Positions 20,247 to 29,826 of a DNA stretch of 64,000 nucleotides are shown here, piece after piece. Numbering within the stretch: the first letter of the stretch is position 1; each line of letters starts with the position of its first letter. Source of the stretch: a virus (lineage: Duplodnaviria > Caudoviricetes); IMG/VR virus record IMGVR_UViG_3300037455_000221, positions 65,647-129,646 of that record; one strand, given 5' to 3'. The notes beneath the pieces are model-generated. The model did not search any database, was not told the origin of the DNA, and saw only the letters and a list, made by a program, of their open reading frames with translations. The translations under genes and the position numbers were made by a program.

Positions 20247-21802
20247 GTATCTAATTTTGTAAATTTCATATTTATCCAACCGCTACCATCAGTAAGTTTG
20301 CCCCAGTCATTTTCTATTTCAGAAATAAGTACTCTGCTATTTTTCTTAAGAGAAGTCTTAACACTATAATTAATTCCGGGGCCACTACGTACATTAAGGA
20401 GCATTGCTGTAGTCTTTACTGGCTTTACTTCTTCTTTCTTAGCAGCACCCATAACTACTGCACCGGGGATAGGAAATACTGTAGTTACAGCGGATCCCTT
20501 GAACTTGTCAAAATATCCTTGACAACACGCTGCTCTCTTCTGCTGATTAGCTACACTCTGATCAGCGGGCTTTTCAAACTGAAGAAGCATTATGTTACTT
20601 GCCTCAAGTACTGAGGTAGCCTTCATAAGATTATCCCACACGCCCTTGTATTTGGTTTGAAGCTCCTGAGTAAGATAAGTGAGCTGAAGATTGATATCGC
20701 AAATTGACATTTTACACTGTTTTGCGAGATCAAGTAATCCCTTCTTTCTTGTGGAGTATGTCCACTGTGCAAGACCATAACCGGCTCCGTCGTTAACAAA
20801 GTTGGTATACGTACCATTGTCAACCTTAGCGGTATACTGATCGTCATTTAATCCAAGCTTCTTCTCAAAACTGTTCTGAAGGTTGTTAGGTCTGATAGCA
20901 CTCTCCATAGAAATATTACCCACAATACCGGCACATCCAAACTCATTCATACCGAGGATCCTGAAGAAATCCCAAGTAGCTTTTGAATAGTCAGCATAGG
21001 GATCAGGGGTGCCAGCTGGAAAGTTGGGAACAGGAGTGGGAGCTGGTGTGGGTGTAGGCTGAGGTGTGTTTGCACCAAGCAGATTATTCACCACGGTAAT
21101 GACGTTAGGCATAATAGTCTTAAAATAGGGGCCAGGGCATGCAGTGTTTTGGTAGTCGCAGTGGTACGTAACGTTGCAGCCATTAACATGATTAATCCTA
21201 TCGCTCTTATTATCAGACCAAATTAATCTTTGAATACCATTACGTTTACAAATATCTACAAGCAGATTATAAAGTGACTGAAGAGCCAGTTCAGATACTG
21301 TCCAAGTAGGTGAAAGAGTGTTATTAGCTACCTCAATAGTGATAGCACGGAAGTCGTTAACTCTTGATCCGGAACACCAGCTTCTATTTTCCTCACCACA
21401 ATAGCCGCCTATACGTCCGTCTGTACCAATACCATAGTTAGACGATGCCTGTCTGCTAGGTCTAGCAAATATATTACCACAAGTTTCTACGGTAAGATTG
21501 CCGGCCATATGGTGAATTGTAATTGTGTCAATTTTATTATTAGTGACACCATACTTCGCAGCGTCACTACGAGGATTATAGTTAGGCGTAGGAATAATTA
21601 CATTACACAGAGGTGAAAAGATAAAATTGTTGGCAGCATTTGCTCCAACTATTTCTGTGTGCTGTCTGGCTAACGCTAAACATTCCTCGATATCGTCAGC
21701 TTCGTCTAAGCCATTAGAGAGTTCCTTTAACGCTTCCGGATTAACTCTCTTTACACTAGTTACAAGTTCAAGCTCATTGGTTTCTTCTTTTTTAAACTTC
21801 AT
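20243..21802 (-). CDS. Cell-wall hydrolase: amidase_2 + phage-tail-lysozyme-like + SH3b
   Basis: ITIHHMAG, ASSNYGIG, AITIEVAN, H...TACPG (Zn amidase); PT linker; AGIVGNISMES and GYGLAQWT (lysozyme-like); LNVRSGPG..GWI (SH3b). Confidence 0.88.
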   Translation of the reverse strand: MKFKKEETNELELVTSVKRVNPEALKELSNGLDEADDIEECLALARQHTEIVGANAANNFIFSPLCNVIIPTPNYNPRSDAAKYGVTNNKIDTITIHHMAGNLTVETCGNIFARPSRQASSNYGIGTDGRIGGYCGEENRSWCSGSRVNDFRAITIEVANNTLSPTWTVSELALQSLYNLLVDICKRNGIQRLIWSDNKSDRINHVNGCNVTYHCDYQNTACPGPYFKTIMPNVITVVNNLLGANTPQPTPTPAPTPVPNFPAGTPDPYADYSKATWDFFRILGMNEFGCAGIVGNISMESAIRPNNLQNSFEKKLGLNDDQYTAKVDNGTYTNFVNDGAGYGLAQWTYSTRKKGLLDLAKQCKMSICDINLQLTYLTQELQTKYKGVWDNLMKATSVLEASNIMLLQFEKPADQSVANQQKRAACCQGYFDKFKGSAVTTVFPIPGAVVMGAAKKEEVKPVKTTAMLLNVRSGPGINYSVKTSLKKNSRVLISEIENDWGKLTDGSGWINMKFTKLDT

Positions 21803-22367
21803 TACTGTCTTCTCCTTCTTCTAAAATTGCTTTATATAAACCAAAATGCATAGCTATTAAACCATTATCGGAAGGAAGAATACAAAGTTCATCACCTTCT
21901 TCTATAAGGTCTACATTTTCCAATGCGGTAGCTATAATTACATTCTCTTTAACTCCTGTTGGCCTCATCCATACAGATTTCATATCTTCTTCAGGGGGAT
22001 TAGAATATGTATTAATTAAAACATCGTCTGGGAATTGATTATCTCTATATGGATCTAATATTAAGGCATTTCTAAGTTTGCGCTGTTCTACGGTTAATCC
22101 TTCGTCAGAATGATAACTATCGGCTTCAGCAATTGGTATTTCATGAATCTCCAGTGGCTTAACCATATAGTTCTCATTATATCTTAAAATAATTAACGCA
22201 TTTGTATCTTCTATAACTCGAAGTGAAATACCAGTTTGCTGATCGATATAGCAAAATGCCTTAACTGTATCCTTACCACCAACCATTTCTTTAATGCTAT
22301 CAGGTGTTTGTATCTCTACATATCTTCCTACGATCTCTCTAAAATTATATTCACTAATTGGTTTCAT
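21792..22367 (-). CDS. Hypothetical protein
   Basis: Coupled ORF with RBS. Confidence 0.6.
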   Translation of the reverse strand: MKPISEYNFREIVGRYVEIQTPDSIKEMVGGKDTVKAFCYIDQQTGISLRVIEDTNALIILRYNENYMVKPLEIHEIPIAEADSYHSDEGLTVEQRKLRNALILDPYRDNQFPDDVLINTYSNPPEEDMKSVWMRPTGVKENVIIATALENVDLIEEGDELCILPSDNGLIAMHFGLYKAILEEGEDSNEV

Positions 22368-22705
22368 ATAGCCTCCTTATAATATGTGGATAACTTTCCA
22401 TCCTCTGCTATGTTTTGTAATTCTAATGTGGTAGTCATATCTGTGCTATCTACAAATGATCCAATAGCAATACCATTGCGGTCTGTTACACATAAATGAT
22501 GAGGCTCAATATTTATTTGAGCACTTGTTAATATACACTTTTGTGTAATAACCAGACCATCCGTAGTTCTGATCTTAAGATAGAATGGATCACCATCTAT
22601 TTGTAAACAACTCAGATCAAAATAACTTGTACCACAATATGGACACTTGCTTAATCCTACATCATATGGCGCACCACAATTCGGACAATTACGATTTTCA
22701 CTCAT
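22364..22705 (-). CDS. Zinc-ribbon protein
   Basis: CPNCGA...CPYCGT. Confidence 0.65.
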   Translation of the reverse strand: MSENRNCPNCGAPYDVGLSKCPYCGTSYFDLSCLQIDGDPFYLKIRTTDGLVITQKCILTSAQINIEPHHLCVTDRNGIAIGSFVDSTDMTTTLELQNIAEDGKLSTYYKEAI

Positions 22706-22721
22706 ATTATTTCCACCCTTT

Positions 22722-22750
22722 ACTATATCACATATCTGTTGTTATGTCAA
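22722..22750 (-). promoter_or_regulatory. sigmaA-type promoter
   Basis: TTGACA-17 nt-TATAGT with extended TG. Confidence 0.65.
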
Positions 22751-25700
22751 GTGTCTTCTTGTGCCTTGTAACAGGAGCGATCTTACTTATCACGCGTTCA
22801 GTTTCACCGGTCTTTTCAAAATTATCTCCGACCTTACGCCACTTAGGACGGTTATAATCATATTCAAGAACGTGTATAACATCGCCTTCTTTAACAGTAT
22901 AATGCTTGTCAATTTTAACCTTGTCAACCTCACCATTATTAATCTGATAAAGAGTAAGAATGTTGCCGCTGTATCCTTCAACTGCTGTAACATACCAATA
23001 GCCTGGCTTGACTGCCGGATCTGTAGTGACTAAATAGCCAAGACATTCAGCTTCATAATCTATTCTATCGAATAAAGTAGTTGGAATGTGCTCTTTATGT
23101 TTTGACCAATATGTAAGAACACCATTCATATCCATATCCTGGAATTGTTTTTTAGTTTCTTTCCCGGAATGCTCTTTAACATTGTTGACACCGAATGTCA
23201 AACAAATGTCAGTATCTTTTGTTATAGTTTTACGAGCTGAATACTTTTCCCATTTAGCCTCTATATCAAGAAGATCATTGATCTCTCCAAATTCTGAAAA
23301 GAAATCAAGAGCAATAAGAATCTTAATTTGTCTCTTATCAGCAATCTTCTTTTCTTTATTTATATCATTAAGGACATCTATAAAATTATCATAATGTACA
23401 TCTTTGAGATCATAAAGTTTTTCAGCGACAGTGGCAGATAGATAAGGAAGCGAAGCAATTCCTTTATATATCGTATTTGTCTCTTTATCAAAATCATAGT
23501 AACTTGACGAATATCTAAACTTAATATTTTGTAATTTAATACCAAAGTAATCAAGTTCATTAGTAAGGCGAGTAGTAGTATCTTTGTTATTAACGTATGT
23601 ATTTAAACATACAGTATAATATTCAAGCGGATAATTTACTTTAAGATATGCTCCATAGCACATATCGAGAGAGGTAGCGGCTGCATGGGCACTACAAAAG
23701 CCATAAGCCATACAGCTCTGGATCATTCCCCAGGTTTCATCAAACATATCTTCGGATCCAGTTTTCTCAATCCATGTTTTTCTAATTCTAGTTTCAAGCT
23801 TAGCAAAGTCATCAGGTTTAATTTTCTTTTTACTAATCTTTTTAATTAAACCAATAGATTCAGATGGGGTTATGTCAAGCCATTGAAAATATTCCATAAG
23901 ATTCTCTTGGAATAATATATATCCTTTTGTAGAAGCTAATACGTCATCAAGTTGCTGAGAACCGGTAGTATAATCCTCATGATTTAAAAATCTTTCACGC
24001 CATGAATCAAACGACGGACGAATAGCAGCGGTAAGTAATGCGCCATCTTCAAAAGATTTTACCCCATATCGCATTTCTTGTTGTTTACCATTTTCAGTAT
24101 CAACTTGATTAAGTGTACACGTAATACCATCTGCTAATAATTTCCAGATACGTTCATCATTTTTTATATTAGTAAGTAATTCACGTGCGGGAATTATTGG
24201 TTGACCAATAGCTTTAAATGTTTCAGCAATAAGATGCCATACAGTTACAATGAGGAAGTCATCCTTCAATACTTTATATTCATCTGCTTCGGCTGAAGTG
24301 ATAAGAACGCATAATGCATCACCAAATTTAAGTACTCCATATTCATAAAGAATATTTTCATTGCAAAGAAGATGTGCACAACTATGTACAGATGCGGAAA
24401 AAATAACTCCTACATAGTTTTCGGATTCGGCTATTAAATCCTTCCATTGGGGATCATTCCTATATTTATCGAGATCGGCACTAATTTCATTGCTCGTATC
24501 AAAGTCGATATTTTTAGCTCTACATAAATTTTTAAAAGCTTCTTTTTGTTGAAAGTTACCAGTTTTATACATTGGATAACAACTATGTTCTCCAAGTAAT
24601 TCACGTGCTGCCTTAACAAATGGTTCCTGAGTTTCGACATTATAATCAATATCAGGTAATGCTCTGTTTTCAAGGAGACGTGCGGTTGATGCGAATCTAT
24701 CAGGGAATATAGGTAGGTTAATTTTAAAACGATCAAGCTGAGTCATTCCGCAGATACGATTAATATAAAAAGATGCACATGATCCTCTTCCTCCACGAGT
24801 AAGCACACCACCATATTTATTCACAGCAAGATCAACGAGTTTAGTATTAAGAAGGAAATAGTCTGCGGTATGAATCTCGTCATTAGTCTTCTCAATAATA
24901 TCCATTTCATAACGGATACCTTCTTTATATCTTTTGAACTCTTCTCCTTCTATATGTTCTTCTTTGCGTATTTTATTAAATCTATGATTAACTAATTTCT
25001 TCAGTTTACTTACACGTTCAGCCGGAGTAAGATCAGGATCGATAGTGGGCATCTTTATAGCATGATCAATATTAATTTCTTCACAGTGAGTAAGAAGCAT
25101 TGTATTATTGATAGCTTCTTCAATTAGAGATTCTTTAAGGATTCCCTGTGCTACAAAACGATCGGCCATCGTATCGTAATCTGGATAATCAAGAATAAAA
25201 TTAGACTCTTCTTCATACTTCATTCCCTTACCAAGAAGAAGTACATCACGCTGCTGTCTTCCTATATCATCAATATAGTGTGAATCATTAGCCGCAATTA
25301 ACTTAAGACCATACTTATCCATGAAACGAAGTGCTTTTTTATTAATCTCCTTCTGTAATGGATCATTATGATTTTGCACTTCTAGAAAAAGATTTTCCCG
25401 AAAGTGATTATATAGTGGGAGAAAAATATTATTAATACTATCGTCATCACGAAGGATTCCGGCTACACAAGCAGTGGTGATATATACATCATCAGGATCA
25501 AGCGTAAGTAAATGTTGTACGTCAAGCCTGGGTTTGTAATAATATCCTTCAATATTAGCAATTGAAGATAGATAGTTACACTTTTTACGTGCTTCATTTG
25601 TACGAGGTGCTACAATAATATGATAATTTCTTTTGTCTTTAAGATCTGGGTTAGCATCTTTTACAATGTAAAACTCTCCAACCGGAAGACATTTAAGATT

Positions 25701-25883
25701 ATAAGTATCTGCGAGTGTACGGCACTCCCAAATTTCCCCCATGCATCCATGTTCACATGTAGAAAGAGCAGTATGACCAAGTTCAATTGCTCGCTCAGCG
25801 TACTGTTTATTTCTTGTTGTCGAATCAATTGTAAAAATATTACTTACATGACTATGTTTATGATAGTTATAATATTCTTTCAT
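22728..25883 (-). CDS. dnaE: DNA polymerase III alpha subunit (family C)
   Basis: PHP domain (HKHSH, EHG, NDSHY), GRGS, PDIDY, KDDFL, YGFCSAHA; AGGAG RBS before ATG 25883. Confidence 0.93.
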   Translation of the reverse strand: MKEYYNYHKHSHVSNIFTIDSTTRNKQYAERAIELGHTALSTCEHGCMGEIWECRTLADTYNLKCLPVGEFYIVKDANPDLKDKRNYHIIVAPRTNEARKKCNYLSSIANIEGYYYKPRLDVQHLLTLDPDDVYITTACVAGILRDDDSINNIFLPLYNHFRENLFLEVQNHNDPLQKEINKKALRFMDKYGLKLIAANDSHYIDDIGRQQRDVLLLGKGMKYEEESNFILDYPDYDTMADRFVAQGILKESLIEEAINNTMLLTHCEEINIDHAIKMPTIDPDLTPAERVSKLKKLVNHRFNKIRKEEHIEGEEFKRYKEGIRYEMDIIEKTNDEIHTADYFLLNTKLVDLAVNKYGGVLTRGGRGSCASFYINRICGMTQLDRFKINLPIFPDRFASTARLLENRALPDIDYNVETQEPFVKAARELLGEHSCYPMYKTGNFQQKEAFKNLCRAKNIDFDTSNEISADLDKYRNDPQWKDLIAESENYVGVIFSASVHSCAHLLCNENILYEYGVLKFGDALCVLITSAEADEYKVLKDDFLIVTVWHLIAETFKAIGQPIIPARELLTNIKNDERIWKLLADGITCTLNQVDTENGKQQEMRYGVKSFEDGALLTAAIRPSFDSWRERFLNHEDYTTGSQQLDDVLASTKGYILFQENLMEYFQWLDITPSESIGLIKKISKKKIKPDDFAKLETRIRKTWIEKTGSEDMFDETWGMIQSCMAYGFCSAHAAATSLDMCYGAYLKVNYPLEYYTVCLNTYVNNKDTTTRLTNELDYFGIKLQNIKFRYSSSYYDFDKETNTIYKGIASLPYLSATVAEKLYDLKDVHYDNFIDVLNDINKEKKIADKRQIKILIALDFFSEFGEINDLLDIEAKWEKYSARKTITKDTDICLTFGVNNVKEHSGKETKKQFQDMDMNGVLTYWSKHKEHIPTTLFDRIDYEAECLGYLVTTDPAVKPGYWYVTAVEGYSGNILTLYQINNGEVDKVKIDKHYTVKEGDVIHVLEYDYNRPKWRKVGDNFEKTGETERVISKIAPVTRHKKTLDITTDM

Positions 25884-25917
25884 TATTGAGTCTCCTATAT
25901 ATTTCATATATAAGATA

Positions 25918-25946
25918 ATACTACATTGCATTTGTGGTAATGTCAA
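25918..25946 (-). promoter_or_regulatory. sigmaA-type promoter for dnaE
   Basis: TTGACA-17 nt-TAGTAT. Confidence 0.55.
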
Positions 25947-26024
25947 GTGCAATGTCGGGCAATGTAAAACCATCAAATTGATGGTAAAATATACTGTTTT
26001 TACCCTCAAAATGATGGTTTAAAT

Positions 26025-26222
26025 CTAATGTCGTTTTTGATTAAAAATGATCACAAATATCAAGGCTACCATTATTATTATGGCCAGGTCTATCCAAAAT
26101 GGTATTAGTACAACTGGCCATGGCCAAGCAATTACACCGCACAACTTAAGTATAATAAATGTTAATTGCAATAACTGTAAGAATGTAATTCCTCCACTAG
26201 CTACTCTATTTTCTGTTTTCAT
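26025..26222 (-). CDS. Small membrane protein
   Basis: L.FIILKL.GVI.WPW.VV..P.WI motif, two TMs. Confidence 0.7.
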   Translation of the reverse strand: MKTENRVASGGITFLQLLQLTFIILKLCGVIAWPWPVVLIPFWIDLAIIIMVALIFVIIFNQKRH

Positions 26223-26223
26223 A

Positions 26224-26526
26224 TTATTTATCTCCTACGCTGATTGTTGCTGCTACAACATGAGTTTTAAAATACTTATCTAGTATATCTTCCAAGAACC
26301 ACTCTAGGTTATCTATTAAGATATTAGGCTGTGCCGCAACGCATCTTGTATAATTTACATAAGTGAATGGCTCAGGAATCTTATACCCCATCTTCTCCGC
26401 CATATCCTTAACATTCTGAGCCTGGACTTGATTGTAGCAAACAATTGGATATCCAGTTATGGCGCTAGTAATAATAAGGTCATGAGTTTTTCCTTTACCA
26501 CGTTCTCTACTAATTAAGTTTGTCAT
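26224..26526 (-). CDS. Small P-loop-like hypothetical protein
   Basis: RERGKGKT and ILIDN motifs. Confidence 0.55.
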   Translation of the reverse strand: MTNLISRERGKGKTHDLIITSAITGYPIVCYNQVQAQNVKDMAEKMGYKIPEPFTYVNYTRCVAAQPNILIDNLEWFLEDILDKYFKTHVVAATISVGDK

Positions 26527-26707
26527 TATTTAATTCCTCTATCCTCTGAGATATTCTTGAATTAATGTTATTTACTTTGTCAACTTTATTACTACGCTTA
26601 TAGTTAAGACAATATACTCTATCGTCCTGATCAAAGTATGTTACACGGATATCGTGTATTTCCTTGACTTCATTATCATCTGTGTAAAATGTTATTGTAT
26701 GTTTCAT
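26510..26707 (-). CDS. Hypothetical protein
   Basis: Coupled ORF. Confidence 0.5.
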   Translation of the reverse strand: MKHTITFYTDDNEVKEIHDIRVTYFDQDDRVYCLNYKRSNKVDKVNNINSRISQRIEELNNDKLN

Positions 26708-26725
26708 ATCAAATATCCATTCTCC

Positions 26726-26980
26726 TCAAACTTGCTTTATTGCTAATGCTACATAACCGGACTCAAGGCCCCAGCCTGACAGCACATATGTTATTTTGTA
26801 TGTTAGCTTGTGTATAAAATGTTCTTCGATAGGATCACCAGTGATATTATCTAAGACTTGAAATTTAATTTCGTCACCAGTTTGATATCCGCGATCATTG
26901 TATCGAATCTCAAAATTCTTTTCGCCTTTTACAATAGCATCAGCAAAACACTGCTTAATCTTTAAATTATGAGTTACCAT
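26726..26980 (-). CDS. ASCH/DUF3850 domain protein
   Basis: HNLKI...G.KNFEIRYNDRGYQTGD...ITYV. Confidence 0.8.
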   Translation of the reverse strand: MVTHNLKIKQCFADAIVKGEKNFEIRYNDRGYQTGDEIKFQVLDNITGDPIEEHFIHKLTYKITYVLSGWGLESGYVALAIKQV

Positions 26981-28184
26981 CTTCGTCCTCCATAATCTCT
27001 TTCACATAGGGAAGATCCTTAAGAACATTTACAAACTCTCTCCACTCATCAAGTTTATGACCGGTGCGCTGATGAATTATGTTCATCACGTTTTCATAGT
27101 TCATTGTTATTGTTCTTTTCTGATTATAGGATGATGGAAGTAACTGTATAATTGCATACCAAATATGCTTTTTCTTATCAGTATCTTCCTCATTAAACCA
27201 TGCATCCCGTAATTCATTTAATGTATCTATCCACGGTCTTGCAATCTCTTCATATACATTAACAGAGTCCGCATATTTATACTTATCATTTATAATATCG
27301 TTGATACAGGTATGAGAGACATTATATTTTTTCGCAATCTCTCTCTTACTCAATACTCCATCCTCCCATAACTGTCTAATATATGCACGCTCTTCTTGTG
27401 TAAATTTTCCTTTATAAGTAGATACTGTTTTTGGTTGTAAACTATTCTCATATGAATGTTTTATATTATCACTTTGTGTTACCCATTCCAGATTATCTGC
27501 AAAATTATTCTGTTTATTCCCATCAATATGATTTACTACTAATCCGTCTTTATAATCCTGACTATGAAATAACTTTGCGACAATTCTATGCAACGGAATT
27601 TGTTTGCCGTGTAACGTAACATATATATATCCGTCTTTATGTTTACTTCCACCCAATAACCTATAATGATTTTTGAATTTATGTTTTACTCTTCCATAAC
27701 AACTCACATCATAATCATTATCATAAAAAACCCACACCTCACTCGCTAACATTTCTTCATCAAGTTCGGGAACAAACTGTTTCACATTTACTTTATATCC
27801 GGGCAATTTATCAAAACTAAAATCTTCCATTTCAAACGGTTTTGATAATAATCGATGCATAGTGCTGCATGAGTTTGTTGTTATATTGATACGATACTGA
27901 TCCATTTCTTTCCACCAATAAAGTGGTGCGGTGATATCCATGCTTACAAATATCTGTCTAAGGTATTTTCTATGCTCTGATCCAGCCTTATACAGCTTAC
28001 GCATTAGTCCTAAATCATTTTGGCCTACAACAAATTGCATTCCCGGATCATTTGGATTAATTGGAGAAGGATCCTCGACCCATTCCCAACCACTATCACT
28101 TTTATCCCAGCTATTCATAGGGTTTCGCATGCCACGAATGGCATGCTTAAACCCCCACACATCTATTTCTTCAACTTTGATCAT
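26967..28184 (-). CDS. ThyX-like phage protein carrying an in-frame HNH endonuclease domain
   Basis: Host-family motifs AIRGMRNPMNSW, ITAPLYWWKE, NSCSTMH, QLLPSSYNQKRT, HKLDEWREF surround an HNH/HTH block (about aa 128-312). Confidence 0.7.
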   Translation of the reverse strand: MIKVEEIDVWGFKHAIRGMRNPMNSWDKSDSGWEWVEDPSPINPNDPGMQFVVGQNDLGLMRKLYKAGSEHRKYLRQIFVSMDITAPLYWWKEMDQYRINITTNSCSTMHRLLSKPFEMEDFSFDKLPGYKVNVKQFVPELDEEMLASEVWVFYDNDYDVSCYGRVKHKFKNHYRLLGGSKHKDGYIYVTLHGKQIPLHRIVAKLFHSQDYKDGLVVNHIDGNKQNNFADNLEWVTQSDNIKHSYENSLQPKTVSTYKGKFTQEERAYIRQLWEDGVLSKREIAKKYNVSHTCINDIINDKYKYADSVNVYEEIARPWIDTLNELRDAWFNEEDTDKKKHIWYAIIQLLPSSYNQKRTITMNYENVMNIIHQRTGHKLDEWREFVNVLKDLPYVKEIMEDEDGNS

Positions 28185-28351
28185 GCGTCAAATACCTCTT
28201 CATGATTGTGCATTCTCTTGAACTCCTTAGCCATCAGCTCACTCACATTGTGATAGCCATTACGCTTGATCATCTGGTTGCGGAGCACTATGCGCGCCCA
28301 TCTTCTGTTGTATACTGGTGTAGGATTGTAGTTCTTCTGTTCTTTTGTCAT
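28181..28351 (-). CDS. Hypothetical protein (56 aa, not in ORF track)
   Basis: GGAGG RBS; MTKEQKNYNP...EEVFDA; ATGA overlap with next gene. Confidence 0.55.
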   Translation of the reverse strand: MTKEQKNYNPTPVYNRRWARIVLRNQMIKRNGYHNVSELMAKEFKRMHNHEEVFDA

Positions 28352-28370
28352 GTTAACCTCCTAATTTAAA

Positions 28371-29153
28371 TTATACATCAATTAATTTATCAACGTATGC
28401 TCTATCTTCACCCTTAAGGATAGGCATTTCATGATCTATATACCAGCCCTCTTCGCCTTTCAAACAAGCACTACCTCTCTTCTGCTCAATAGGAAAGTCA
28501 TTCCAATTAATACCCTTCTGCTCATGTAACATATCCTGGATATCATTACAGCTCTTGCAGTGCAATTCTTTCTGACTAAAGTTGGCATGTCCAACCATTT
28601 CAATACTATTTCTTGTTGCATCTAACTGACGCCAATAGATTAAGTTGGTTACTTCTTCCTTAGGAATATTGAAGCAACGGGCATCAAACATAGCGCCTTT
28701 ATTAATTGCTTTTCCTAATGTATCGACATACTCAGGATCCGAAGGTGACAAAAATTCATGATCATGTGCATAGTACTGTACAACATGATGTTTAAACGCT
28801 TTATTAAAAGCTAATGTTGCCATAGATGCTGCAATGCTACACATCTTCTGCACTTCGTAATTAAACCACGCCTGGCTTGTAAGTGTCTGATAATCAATAA
28901 GGATCAATGTGATTTCATCTGATTGGGTATAACCAAATACACAGCCCTGAATATTCTCACACAAATACTTCATAGTATCTTGCATTGACTTTATCAGGAT
29001 CTCGTCGAATGGTTTTTTCAAACCTCTTGTGAAAGTGTGAAATGCCTTGCCGTCTATCCTTATTGCTACTGGAGTTCTTCTTAATAATCTTGTCTTAGAA
29101 ACTTCTTCGTAATTGAACTTCATTCTTGTTCCAAGTTCATCGTGCACAGCCAT
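28371..29153 (-). CDS. thg1: tRNA(His) guanylyltransferase Thg1-like 3'-5' polymerase
   Basis: RIDGKAFHTF, YTQSDEI, FDAR, WRQ.DA.RNS motifs. Confidence 0.92.
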   Translation of the reverse strand: MAVHDELGTRMKFNYEEVSKTRLLRRTPVAIRIDGKAFHTFTRGLKKPFDEILIKSMQDTMKYLCENIQGCVFGYTQSDEITLILIDYQTLTSQAWFNYEVQKMCSIAASMATLAFNKAFKHHVVQYYAHDHEFLSPSDPEYVDTLGKAINKGAMFDARCFNIPKEEVTNLIYWRQLDATRNSIEMVGHANFSQKELHCKSCNDIQDMLHEQKGINWNDFPIEQKRGSACLKGEEGWYIDHEMPILKGEDRAYVDKLIDV

Positions 29154-29157
29154 TACA

Positions 29158-29370
29158 TTATTCCTCCACTATTTTTTCACTATTTCTTAGTTGTAAATAC
29201 ATACGTTTATACCGACGTGCTGCTTTACGTGCTTTCTTGAGCTGATCAATTGTATCATTCATAGTTTCTACAGCTTCAAGAATTTCTACGGTTTTAAATG
29301 GAAAGTCTTTGTCTTTAAAAGCACTACCACTACATGCTTTTATTATGATCATTGCATCTTCTCTAGTCAT
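29158..29370 (-). CDS. Hypothetical protein
   Basis: ORF with RBS. Confidence 0.55.
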   Translation of the reverse strand: MTREDAMIIIKACSGSAFKDKDFPFKTVEILEAVETMNDTIDQLKKARKAARRYKRMYLQLRNSEKIVEE

Positions 29371-29378
29371 AATTCACC

Positions 29379-29642
29379 TCAATAAATTACCGGTGTGCCA
29401 AGTGTACAATGACATATGCCGCTGCCACCATTTGATGGATGGTTAGAACAAAACTTACATGGATCAACCGGAGTTGTAGATCCCACAAATGGGATATGGA
29501 TTGTAGTTGAATTAGACGCATATTCAGTATAAGTGTATCCGCAATGATCACATGTTCTTCGATATTGTACCGGATAACTTCTTAATACTTCTTCCTGAAG
29601 ATCATGCCCACAAATAGGGCATGTATAGATTATCTCAACCAT
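29379..29642 (-). CDS. Cys-rich hypothetical protein
   Basis: CPICG, CDHCG, C..CSNHPSNGGSGICHCTLG. Confidence 0.6.
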   Translation of the reverse strand: MVEIIYTCPICGHDLQEEVLRSYPVQYRRTCDHCGYTYTEYASNSTTIHIPFVGSTTPVDPCKFCSNHPSNGGSGICHCTLGTPVIY

Positions 29643-29826
29643 CTTTTACCTCCCGGTAATTATCACAATCCTCTACTGTTGATTTGATTGGCTGAAGCAC
29701 GGCTGTATAGATTTGTGGTTGATACTGAACTCCTTGAGGTGTCTGCACCATCATACCTATCTGAAAGCCCGCAGTAGGTGGCGGTATTACATCATCAGGG
29801 ATATCAAAGATTGCTTTGTATTGCAT
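29635..29826 (-). CDS. Hypothetical protein
   Basis: Coupled ORF. Confidence 0.5.
   Translation of the reverse strand: MQYKAIFDIPDDVIPPPTAGFQIGMMVQTPQGVQYQPQIYTAVLQPIKSTVEDCDNYREVKDG

Noticed and set aside
27250-27800. Intein in the ThyX-like gene
   Set aside because: No recognisable splicing blocks or terminal His-Asn followed by Cys/Ser/Thr.
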